Below are positions 54,573 to 64,000 of a stretch of DNA of 64,000 nt, in pieces. Within the stretch, counting starts at the first letter, position 1. Each line of letters opens with the position of its first letter. This stretch comes from Lytechinus pictus (lineage: Eukaryota), in NCBI RefSeq assembly GCF_037042905.1, contig NC_087251.1, positions 15,750,001-15,814,000 of the forward strand. The letters run 5' to 3'. The position numbers were made by a program, and so were the translations under genes. The notes below the pieces were generated by a model that was not told where the DNA came from, made no database searches, and saw only the letters and a program-made list of their open reading frames with translations.

Positions 54573-57500
54573 ATGGCGGAATTTTCTTTGGATGATTTCG
54601 TTGATTCTCCCAGTGTTGAGAAGTTGCTGGTTCTGAAGAAGGTTCATCTCTTGGAGATTGCTCATCATTACCAGGTTGCTGAGGTAAGGAATACTTGGCG
54701 TAAATTAGAAATTCTGAAAGCTGTAATTCAGTGGTTAGTGGAAGAGGAAGATGTTCTGCCACTTGAAGATTTATCTAAGGTTCCGATTGAGTCTGTGAAT
54801 GTGGACTTGACAGATAAATTGCGTTTGAAAGAGTTGGAACTAGAGATAGCGAAAGTTGAGCTTGAACGAGAACAAGTAGTTTTGAGAAGGGAGCATGAGA
54901 ATGCTAGAGAAAGAGAAGAAATTAGGCAAGTAAAGTCTGATTTTGATGTTGCGAAACATGTTCGAATGGTTCCCGTTTTTCAGGAGGGGGAGGAGATAGA
55001 GAAATATTTCCTTCACTTTGAAAAGGTAGCTGTTAGTTTGAGTTGGCCGCAAGAAAAATGGTCACACTTGTTACAATCTCAGTTGAAGGGTAAAGCTCGA
55101 GATGCTTATTCAGCTTTGTCAGTTGATGATGCGGGTCGTTATGACGTTGTAAAAGCGGCAGTGTTGCGTGCTTATGAGCTTGTACCGGAGGCGTACCGTC
55201 AACAGTTTCGGAAAACACGCAAAGATGAGACCGAAACTCATCTTGAGTTTGCTAGGCGCAAACAACAGTTGTTTGATAGATGGAGTTCGTCACTCCATGC
55301 AGATAGCTTTGATAAGCTTAGAGAAATAATTCTTCTCGAAGAGTTTAAGCGTAGTGTGCATTTCGATGTTAGGTTGCATCTTGAAGAGCAGCAAATAGGA
55401 ACGCTTAATGAAGCAGCGAAGCTTGCAGATGATTATGCGCTAACGCACAAAATCACAAACAAAAAATCAGATGAGACAAACAAATCTGGAAAGTGGAAAA
55501 ACAAAAACAAAAATGGTGCTTCAGCACACAACAAGAAAGAAGTAAAACCACAATCTAAAGATGACGAGCAAGAAAAGAAATGCTATGCATGTCACAAGGT
55601 TGGTCATTTTAAAGCAAAGTGTCCTACACTTAAAGGAAAAACAAGTGAATCAAGTAATGCACATCCAAATGCATTTGTGAAAAATTTGCAAAGTTCAGAG
55701 AGAAGGATTGAGCCAGTTAACTTAGAGAAATTGAAAAAGCAATATGAACCGTTTGTTTCTGTAGGATATGTTTCCCTAGCTGGTAGTGTCGAAACAAGAA
55801 AAGTGAAAGTGTTGCGTGATACTGGTGCTTCTCAGTCTTTGATCTTGGAGAGTGTGTTGCCTTTTGGTGAGAAATCTTGTGTTGGAACTAGTGTTTTGCT
55901 CCAAGGAATAGGAGATGGCTTTGTAAAAGCACCCCTTCATGTGGTAGACTTGAAATCAGACCTTGTTTCTGGTAGTGTGAAAATGGCTGTGAGACCATCA
56001 CTTCCGGTGGCAGATGTTTCCATCATTTTAGGGAATGATCTTGCTGGTGATAAAGTTGTGCCATGTCCAGTTGTGAGTGCTATTCCGTGTGAGAGTAGTA
56101 AAACAGAGCAGTTGGTTGCAGAATTTCCTACTGTGTTTCCGTCTTGTGCTGTAACTCGTTCGATGGCAAAGAAAGTAGAGTCTGAATCGAAGTCTAGTGA
56201 GCTAGATGAGGTTAACTTGGGAGATTCTTTCTTTTGTCGTTTGGTTGATGATGAATGTGAATCAAATGTGAATGAGGGTGCAGGAGAAACTCAAAGTACA
56301 GAAGAGAAAAATAAATGTGAACCAATGCCGATAAGTAAGAGTAAGTTGTTGGAGGAACAACAAAAAGATCCTCAGTTAGTATCCATGTTTGAGAGAGCGA
56401 TCTCTGAGGAGGAGGCATTGACCGTGCCTGTTTGTTATTATACGAAGTCAGGTGTTTTGATGAGAAAGTGGAGGCCGATAGATGTTCCTGCTGATGAAGT
56501 TTGGAAAGAGGTTCACCAGATTGTAGTTCCTTCTACTAATAGGCAGGAAATACTTAGTCTTGCTCATGAAGCACCACTTGCAGGTCACTTGGGAGTCTAT
56601 AAGACTCGGGAAAAAATCCTTTCTCATTTCTTTTGGCCGGGTTTACAAAAGGATGTTGCAAACTATTGCAGAAATTGTCATGTATGTCAGGTAGTAGGTA
56701 AACCGAATCAGAAAATACCAGTCGCGCCATTAAAACCAGTGCCAGCGTTCGATGAACCGTTTGCAAGAATAATCATAGATTGCGTAGGTCCGCTTCCGAG
56801 GACAAAAGCGGGTAATGAATTCCTGTTTACCATTATGTGCGCAAGTACCAGGTATGTCGAAGCGATTCCACTCAGACGCATCACCGCAAACAATGTGAGC
56901 AAGGCGCTGATCAAGTTTTTCACGACTGTAGGATTACCGCGTATCGTTCAGTCTGATCAAGGATCAAACTTTATGTCGAAAGTCTTTAAGCAAGTGCTAG
57001 GGCAGTTAGGGATTGAACATGTAGTTTCTAGTGCATACCATCCTGAATCGCAAGGAGCACTTGAGAGATGTCATCAGACACTCAAAAACATGCTCAAAAC
57101 ATATTGTTTGGAGACAGAGAAACAATGGGATGAGGGAATTCCATTGTTGCTATTTGCTTTGAGAGAATCTGTTCAAGAATCTATTGGTTTCAGCCCATTT
57201 CAGCTCGTGTATGGACATGAAGTCCGTGGACCCCTTAGGTTGTTGAGTGAAAGGTTGTTGTCAGATGAGGAAGATGTGAATATGTTAGACTACGTATCGT
57301 CTTTCCGTGAGAGATTGCATCGTGCTTGTGAAGTTGCTAGGAAGAATTTGTCTGATTCTCAGGAGAAAATGAAGTCTTGGTATGACAAGAAGTCCATGGA
57401 AAGGAATTTCAAGGCAGGTGATGAAGTTTTGGTTTTGTTACCAGTAGTTGGTAATGCTTTGCAGGCTAGATTTTCTGGACCGTATACCATTATGAAGAAA

Positions 57501-59120
57501 GTTGGTGATGTTGACTATGTCGTCAAAACTCCAGATAGAAGAAAGAAAAAGCGCGTATGTCATGTGAATATGATAAAAGCTTATGTTCGAAGAGATGATG
57601 AAAAGAGAGCACAACCAGTGTTGAGTGCTGTAGAATCTGAGCTGAATGATGAAAGTGAAGAGATGTGTAACATTGAGAGAGATGAACCATGTGTGAAATT
57701 GAAAAATTCAGAAGTTCTAACACACATCAATGACAAACTAACCCACTTGTCTGAGAAGGAGAGGAGGGATGTGAAAGAGCTGTTGAATGAGTATCCGCAG
57801 TTATTTGCAGATATCCCATCTCGTACTGATGTTGTTGAACATGATGTTGATGTGGGAGATACCGCCCCAATCAAGCAGGCACCTTATCGTGTTAACCCAG
57901 TAAAGATGAAAAATCTTGAAAAAGAAATAGAGTACATGCTGCAGAATGGCATCATCGAGCCAAGTAGCAGCGCATGGTCGTCACCATGCATCTTAGTTCC
58001 GAAACCGGATAAGTCGTATCGTTTCTGTACCGACTACAGAAAAGTCAATTCGAGTACAAAGACCGATTCTTTCCCGATACCGCGCGTAGATGATTGTATT
58101 GACCGTATAGGCAAGGCGAAGTATGTGAGCAAATTCGATCTGCTTAAAGGCTATTGGCAGATTCCGTTGACTAAGAGAGCGCAAGAAATATCTGCATTTG
58201 CTACACCTCAAGGCCTATTCCATTACACTGTGATGCCATTCGGTATGAAAAATGCGCCGGCTACATTCCAAAGACTTGTGAATAGTCTTGTCTCTGGTCT
58301 TGAAGGCTGTGAAGCTTACATAGATGACTTGATTGTGTATAGTGAAGATTGGGAAGTTCATGTACAAAGAATCAGAGATTTGTTCAGGAGATTGTCTGAT
58401 GCCAAATTGACAGTCAACTTGGCAAAGAGTGAGTTTGGAGGTGCTACTGTTAGTTTCTTGGGTCACGTTGTTGGTTCAGGTCATGTTCGACCACTCTCAG
58501 CGAAGGTAGAAGCTATTCTGGCGTTCCCAACTCCAACCAACCGGAAGGAACTGATGAGGTTTCTTGGCATGGCAGGCTACTACAGACGATTCTGCCATAA
58601 CTTCTCTGATGTCGTCGCCCCGCTGACCAATCTACTACGCAAGGAGGTGAAGTTCATCTGGTCCAGTGACTGTCAGAGTGCTTTTGACAAAGTGAAAGCA
58701 CTCCTATCTACCAATCCTGTACTGGTGGCTCCAGATTTTAGTCAGCCATTCTCTCTGATGGTTGACGCTAGTGATGTGGGTGCCGGAGCTGTTCTTACGC
58801 AGAAAGATGAACAGGGAACAGACAGGCCCATATCGTTCTTCTCAAGGAAGTTTTCGAGCAGTCAGAGAAATTATTCCACTGTGGAGAAGGAAACTTTGGC
58901 GTTAATCTTTGCACTGCAACACTTTGAAGTGTATGTGAGTGGATCTCAACATGCATTGGACATATGGACAGATCATAATCCTTTGACGTTTCTAAGTAAG
59001 ATGAAAAACAAAAATCAAAGACTTACAAGGTGGAGTCTACTGCTCCAAGAGTACAACTTGAACATTAGACATCTACCGGGAAAAGACAACATTATTGCAG
59101 ACACATTGTCGCGAGTGTAA
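54573..59120 (+). CDS. Gag-Pol polyprotein of the Gmr1-like element (Gag/SCAN-like capsid, CCHC, protease, integrase, RT, RNase H)
   Basis: Uninterrupted ORF, first ATG 54573: CYACHKVGHFKAKC knuckle; LRDTGAS protease; HHCC plus IIDCVGP/SDQGSNF/ALERCHQ integrase and GPY module placed BEFORE RT (FCTDYRKVN, YIDD) and RNase H (VDAS, EKE, TDH, ADTLSR). Confidence 0.96.
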   Translation: MAEFSLDDFVDSPSVEKLLVLKKVHLLEIAHHYQVAEVRNTWRKLEILKAVIQWLVEEEDVLPLEDLSKVPIESVNVDLTDKLRLKELELEIAKVELEREQVVLRREHENAREREEIRQVKSDFDVAKHVRMVPVFQEGEEIEKYFLHFEKVAVSLSWPQEKWSHLLQSQLKGKARDAYSALSVDDAGRYDVVKAAVLRAYELVPEAYRQQFRKTRKDETETHLEFARRKQQLFDRWSSSLHADSFDKLREIILLEEFKRSVHFDVRLHLEEQQIGTLNEAAKLADDYALTHKITNKKSDETNKSGKWKNKNKNGASAHNKKEVKPQSKDDEQEKKCYACHKVGHFKAKCPTLKGKTSESSNAHPNAFVKNLQSSERRIEPVNLEKLKKQYEPFVSVGYVSLAGSVETRKVKVLRDTGASQSLILESVLPFGEKSCVGTSVLLQGIGDGFVKAPLHVVDLKSDLVSGSVKMAVRPSLPVADVSIILGNDLAGDKVVPCPVVSAIPCESSKTEQLVAEFPTVFPSCAVTRSMAKKVESESKSSELDEVNLGDSFFCRLVDDECESNVNEGAGETQSTEEKNKCEPMPISKSKLLEEQQKDPQLVSMFERAISEEEALTVPVCYYTKSGVLMRKWRPIDVPADEVWKEVHQIVVPSTNRQEILSLAHEAPLAGHLGVYKTREKILSHFFWPGLQKDVANYCRNCHVCQVVGKPNQKIPVAPLKPVPAFDEPFARIIIDCVGPLPRTKAGNEFLFTIMCASTRYVEAIPLRRITANNVSKALIKFFTTVGLPRIVQSDQGSNFMSKVFKQVLGQLGIEHVVSSAYHPESQGALERCHQTLKNMLKTYCLETEKQWDEGIPLLLFALRESVQESIGFSPFQLVYGHEVRGPLRLLSERLLSDEEDVNMLDYVSSFRERLHRACEVARKNLSDSQEKMKSWYDKKSMERNFKAGDEVLVLLPVVGNALQARFSGPYTIMKKVGDVDYVVKTPDRRKKKRVCHVNMIKAYVRRDDEKRAQPVLSAVESELNDESEEMCNIERDEPCVKLKNSEVLTHINDKLTHLSEKERRDVKELLNEYPQLFADIPSRTDVVEHDVDVGDTAPIKQAPYRVNPVKMKNLEKEIEYMLQNGIIEPSSSAWSSPCILVPKPDKSYRFCTDYRKVNSSTKTDSFPIPRVDDCIDRIGKAKYVSKFDLLKGYWQIPLTKRAQEISAFATPQGLFHYTVMPFGMKNAPATFQRLVNSLVSGLEGCEAYIDDLIVYSEDWEVHVQRIRDLFRRLSDAKLTVNLAKSEFGGATVSFLGHVVGSGHVRPLSAKVEAILAFPTPTNRKELMRFLGMAGYYRRFCHNFSDVVAPLTNLLRKEVKFIWSSDCQSAFDKVKALLSTNPVLVAPDFSQPFSLMVDASDVGAGAVLTQKDEQGTDRPISFFSRKFSSSQRNYSTVEKETLALIFALQHFEVYVSGSQHALDIWTDHNPLTFLSKMKNKNQRLTRWSLLLQEYNLNIRHLPGKDNIIADTLSRV

Positions 59121-60198
59121 ACAAAATCCTAAACTTTGACCAATTTGATAACATGGACTTTGTGTGAACTTTGAACTCTGGACAATTGAAGTTTAACGTC
59201 GTGTGTATCAATGTGAAATTCGGACAATGAAAGTTTGATATCATCAATGTGATAAACTTTGAACGTTTGTCATCGTGTTATGTCATCGTGACGTTTGAGC
59301 AGTGAACATTTGACAGCGTGTTAATTCATCGTGACATTTGAACTGTGAACGTTTGATATTGTGTATAATCAAGGTGAAATTTGGAAACTTCACTTTCTGT
59401 GAACTGTGGAACTTGAAACTTATTTCATCATGTGAATTTATACCTAAATGCTTACTTGTCATCTCAACTTAATGGATACTCCGGAATGGACTCTCTACCA
59501 TGTTTGATTTGAAAGTGAACTGAACTTGTGTTTTTTCTGGATTTCTGGATGCCAACTGTGCTCATGTTTACACTATGTGACTATATCTTGGATCAAGTAA
59601 TCTGAACCTACTGTGAATCTTCATAAACATTCAATGAACCCTAACTGAAGCGATGATGTTGAACTTCGTTAAACTGAAACTATAGTTGGAAGAAGATATT
59701 GGAAATCAGAAGTTTGAACTTACATCTTGAATGATTTCTCGTATTATTGACTTTTGGACTCAGTGAAGCAATGCTTTTTATATTGCATTTCTCATAACAC
59801 TTGGAAGTAAAATCATGTATTTCTATGTTGATTATTCATATGAAATTTCTTATGACTATGTTTATTACGAACATACATGTATTTCAGAACATGCGTGTAC
59901 CTTTTGATGAAGAAGTTTTACTACATGCATGCGCTATCAATACATGTCTGTTTTACTCATTTCATTATACTATGTTTTATATTATGCTTTTCTTTTGCCA
60001 AAGTATGCGAAATTGCTGCACAAAAAGCGTGAAATTGAAAAAGGGCATTTCGATGTGTTTTAATGCATTAACTGTGTTTGGTTAAGAGCTATATTCATTG
60101 TGATAATGTTCGTTTATATTAACAAGCAAAATTTGAGTTGCGAACATACTTATTGCAATTTCTTTGAAAAATTATAAGCATGTTTTTAAGGAAGGGAG

Positions 60199-60446
60199 TG
60201 TGACGAGTTAATAATACACGTAAGTCTGGAGGACAGACTAGAAAAAGGAGATCGCTATGTGAACAACGGACTTGTGAATCTGAATCGTCATGTGTACATT
60301 TTGTAAATAAACTGTTTTTAAACGATTTGACACGGCGTGGCTTGTTTGCTAATTCAGGAGTGTCTGAATGGAGATTCAGGAGGTTTACGTTGGAGTTTGT
60401 CCAGGACAGGTAACAATAAGAGCTTGTCAGGACCAGCAAACGTAAC

Positions 60447-60447
<1 letters not shown>
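60199..60447 (+). repeat. 3' LTR
   Basis: 249 bp, preceded by the polypurine tract AAGGAAGGGAG (60188-60198). Confidence 0.96.
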
Positions 60448-60477
<30 letters not shown>

Positions 60478-63400
60478 AAATTTATATATATAATATAATC
60501 TGTGTGTGTGAGTGTGGAGGGTGCGGGTGTATGTTTGTATTGTATATGCATGTATGTATGTATGTATGTATGTATGTGTGTATATATATTTAGCTAAGTA
60601 GTGTGTATGTATATTGAACGAAAGAAAGATAAACAGTTATCTAGCAAGAACTAGAGTTCGAGTGAGAGAGATAGATAGAGAGAGAGAGAGAGAGAGATAG
60701 AAGGAGAGGGGTGGGGTTGTACTGCTGCCGAAGTCTAGGATAACGAGCATCGTCTTTATCTCTCCATCTTTCTGCCACGCTATAGATTTGCTTTTTAAAT
60801 TAAATATCTAAGAGGCTAAGATTACGGTGTATGTAAAGCTAATGAAAAGCTTTAAATTTCATAATACTTTTCTTCAAAATGTGTAATGCTTTGGTATTAG
60901 GTGAAAATCGGAAGGTATGAACCGGAGCCCCAGCTCGCTTCTACATTCTTCTGTAAACCTCAGACATGGAATTCTATCTGTGTACTCAAACATTAGTGGC
61001 GTTTCATTTTTTTTTTCAATTCGATTGCAGCTTTATCTAAATTAGTAGCTGATAGATCAATTATTCCTGATACAAATCAATACATACCATCAATCAATTT
61101 CAAATTTGCAATTGACTGTTAGACTTCAGACTGATTTAAAGACCTAAAATTTATTGACAATTATATTTTTTCATTAATTAAGTTTTTTTGCATTGCTCCA
61201 CTAGTAATTGGTTAGCAAGTGGCTCTCTTTAATATGATTCAATTTCGTCGCCTCCATATTCATGGAAAGCATATTTATTGCCATGAATTGGCTCCTCTCA
61301 TACTTTTCACGCAGTTGAACAGTTCAAGAGTTCGTATCTGTAAAATATAGAATATATAAACGGGTGATAAAAAATACACATTACTCTTTAAAATAAGAAA
61401 GGCATATATTCTAAAACTTAAAGTAGCAAATAAACTTCTCGAATAAAAAAAGGAAATATAAAGAATTAATAAGATCCCTTTATCCTTGTAAAGATGACCG
61501 TTACAAAATGATGTTTCTCGTGCAGTCTTGTGTAATTATGTTCAATTAGAATCTTTCATGATATATCACTTTGTAGTTTTTCTCTCTCTTCTGTGCATTT
61601 TGAATAGACCAGGAAAGTATGTAAACGCGCGGCTACCATTTACAATCGCAGAGTATATCTCTTGATTAACAAAATATAGATCGATATGCATTTCTTTACT
61701 AATCAGGATTTTAATTTCCCGTGCTCAAAATCGGCAATTGTTTGTGTTTCTCGTTCTATATACGGACTAGACGGTGCCAGGCTACCAAGCTCATTGGTCT
61801 AACATAAGTAAAAGTAAAGTTCGGAATTTTAACCAGTTAACCAGGGTCCCGACCAGGATCCATGGCATTAGACAGGTCCAGATTTGAGATAAAGTTAATG
61901 CAGAAGCCCAAGCTAGCCCTATATAGTCTAGCCTAGCACTTTGTCTTGTTATTTATGGCAATTTGATAAGTGTTCTCGAATTGGATCTAGATATATATAG
62001 ATCAAAGCCTGAGCGGTGGGAAAAATAATTTCGCGTCCCGGCACAATGCTTTACTTGGCATATGTTCATGAGAAAGACACATCCAAACTCGACAAGCATT
62101 TTCTTGCTTTAGAGTGATTCATTCTTTTCCATGGAACTTGCTAGAACAGAAAAAAGTTCACTAGTTGGTTACATCATTTTTTTTTTCATTGCAAATTTCC
62201 ATTGCAGTGTACAATCAAGTCTCATTTGACGTGGCAAGTTTGATGTATCTTATTAAGATATCAAGATAATTCGTTCCGGAAGACAATGCCCGATTAATAA
62301 GTTTAAACAAACAATATGACAAATACGAGAGATGGCAGATCTTATCTTAGGTTGCAATTTGAGAGTCAGAGGGGTGTATATCGTCATCACGAGACTCTTC
62401 CTCCTTGCAGAGGATACGTCCTTTTTACTTCATCGCTCTAACCAAGTTGAACTGAACATCTGCTAAGCGGCAAAAATTTTCGTCAATATGTAAACAAGGA
62501 GGTGAGAGTCGACCCCTCCCTGGTGTTTGGGACCCTTGTTTTATGGGTTCATTAAAAGTTGATTGATAGTTTGATGAACCAAGAAAATTGAAATCGTCAA
62601 AGTATTATCCAAATACAGATCGTCATCAAATCATGATGGTATAATATGTTAGGAATGGAACAAATAATATCTAAACGTAAACATTTCTAACTAGAAATTT
62701 GACTGAACAATCGCTCTATAGAGTAGACGCTAAATCCCATAATTCCTTGCCCTTATGGGTTTGCCAAGAAAAAAAATGCATTTTTAATCCGCAATGACAC
62801 CCTTAATTGTGTCACAATTTCTTGATCTTAATCAAATACATGGAAACAGAGAAAGGGTCTTCATGACGCATTGGGTTGCAGACGTTTTAATGTTAGTTGA
62901 ATGTGGAGTTGTTTATATATATATATATATAAATTTATATATATATTTATCATTTTAGATTGACAGATTTTCGACACTGTACCAATTACAGTTTCCTTTG
63001 TCGGGTGTAGGTGGGTTTTGAACAATGACAAGCTGGATCAAAGCTATTGCTTTGATACAGTACACGTATGGGAGAAAGTATTCAAATGTGTGAAATTATA
63101 CATGTACAACAGCTTTGGCAACTCTTTTTATTTAAATATTTGATTTAAGCTACGCCTACCATTGTTCTCTTCGTTCATTTCTTTCACACACCCACGCCCC
63201 CACACATATATATATATATTTATATATGAATGTGATTATATAATAATCACAAATAGTTGTTATTTTACCTTTGTCAAAATTATCATCACATGAACTTATG
63301 TTTTCATCACCAACAATCTTATTCACCCGTTTTCATTATTTTTCTTACATTTAAAACATATCTCTGAATATCTACCATCACCGTCTTAACAGTCATGGAG

Positions 63401-63869
63401 TATTACTACTATCGTTTTCATTATAAGCATCAGTATTAAAAATCGTAATCTCTTTATTAACACCATTTGATCTTATCCATGTCTCCATATTCTCATGATA
63501 TATTCTGTTTTCTTTTCCTCTTTCTTTGTCTCTTCTCAATCTCATTGAGGCTCCTTCATTATTGTCGCCTTCATTAGTCGCATCACAATCATCGCTTCGC
63601 CACTAATAAAGAACCACTTCACTTGCCAACATACATAATTTTTGTTTATTTATTGAAAGTTTCAGATGCAAATTACAGCTTCAACATTTTTATGTATTTT
63701 GATGTTTTTTTAATAATTTACATCAACCCATTAATATCTTTGACCTCAACTTCGTTCAGGATATACAAACTATGACGCTTCCCGATCAATGATGAGCAAA
63801 TTACGCAATATCTTCCGGTGTCTTTATTCATTGTCGTTTTCAGTTGGTTTTGTTCATTTGCGTTTGTCT

Positions 63870-64000
63870 CTATGCGAACTCGGCGACGAGCTGCTGACAG
63901 AGTGTCTTCATACCAGCGTAGATCTCCTCAGCGGTTGGCTGGATCTGCCTAGCTGGAAGCTGGAATCCGAACGTACCCTCATCACGAAGCTCCACCACGT
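63870..64000 (-). CDS. Gene D: 3' part of the last coding exon of another M14A carboxypeptidase paralog (continues beyond window)
   Basis: Translates [42 protein letters not shown]; 125/131 nt identical to gene C last exon 37614-37744. Confidence 0.88.
   Translation of the reverse strand, partial: VVELRDEGTFGFQLPARQIQPTAEEIYAGMKTLCQQLVAEFA

Larger units (their letters stand above)
53624..60447 (+). mobile_element. Full-length Gmr1-like Ty3/Gypsy LTR retrotransposon
   Basis: Two 249-bp LTRs (53624-53872, 60199-60447) with TGT...ACA ends, identical by eye; 4-bp TSD CATA (53620-53623, 60448-60451); PBS, PPT and a single long gag-pol ORF. Confidence 0.97.

Noticed and set aside
54250..59420. 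CRISPR-like repeat/spacer arrays in the retrotransposon UTRs
   Set aside because: Units are degenerate tandem copies without constant repeats and unique spacers; eukaryotic context, no cas genes.
59801..60085. Possible env or accessory ORF in the retrotransposon 3' region
   Set aside because: Short, non-ATG start, AT-rich, no signal/fusion motifs.
62501..62515. 15-nt match GGTGAGAGTCGACCC to the retrotransposon leader (53920-53934)
   Set aside because: A match this short is expected by chance in 64 kb and does not extend.

Overview
Eukaryotic, AT-rich, repeat-dense animal DNA; the repeat families look echinoderm/sea-urchin-like, which is my inference. The backbone is a minus-strand tandem cluster of M14A zinc metallocarboxypeptidase (procarboxypeptidase A/B-type) genes, assembled by hand from splice sites. 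It has two complete 11-exon genes (B: 34802-19481, ~435 aa; C: 50633-37614, ~424 aa), the last exon of a further paralog at the right edge (D: 63870->64000) and a probable first exon of another (A: 11213-11122). Between C and D lies an intact, very young Gmr1-type Ty3/Gypsy LTR retrotransposon (53624-60447; PR-IN-RT-RH order, identical 249-bp LTRs). The rest is MITEs, SINEs, LINE fragments, a Penelope-like palindrome with a hammerhead-like core, and micro/minisatellites. I found no fundamentally new biological system. The most interesting signals are mosaic (conversion-like) exon sharing between the carboxypeptidase paralogs, odd splice acceptors, a double-hairpin array in the retrotransposon leader, and the hammerhead-like motif. 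All alignments were done by eye.
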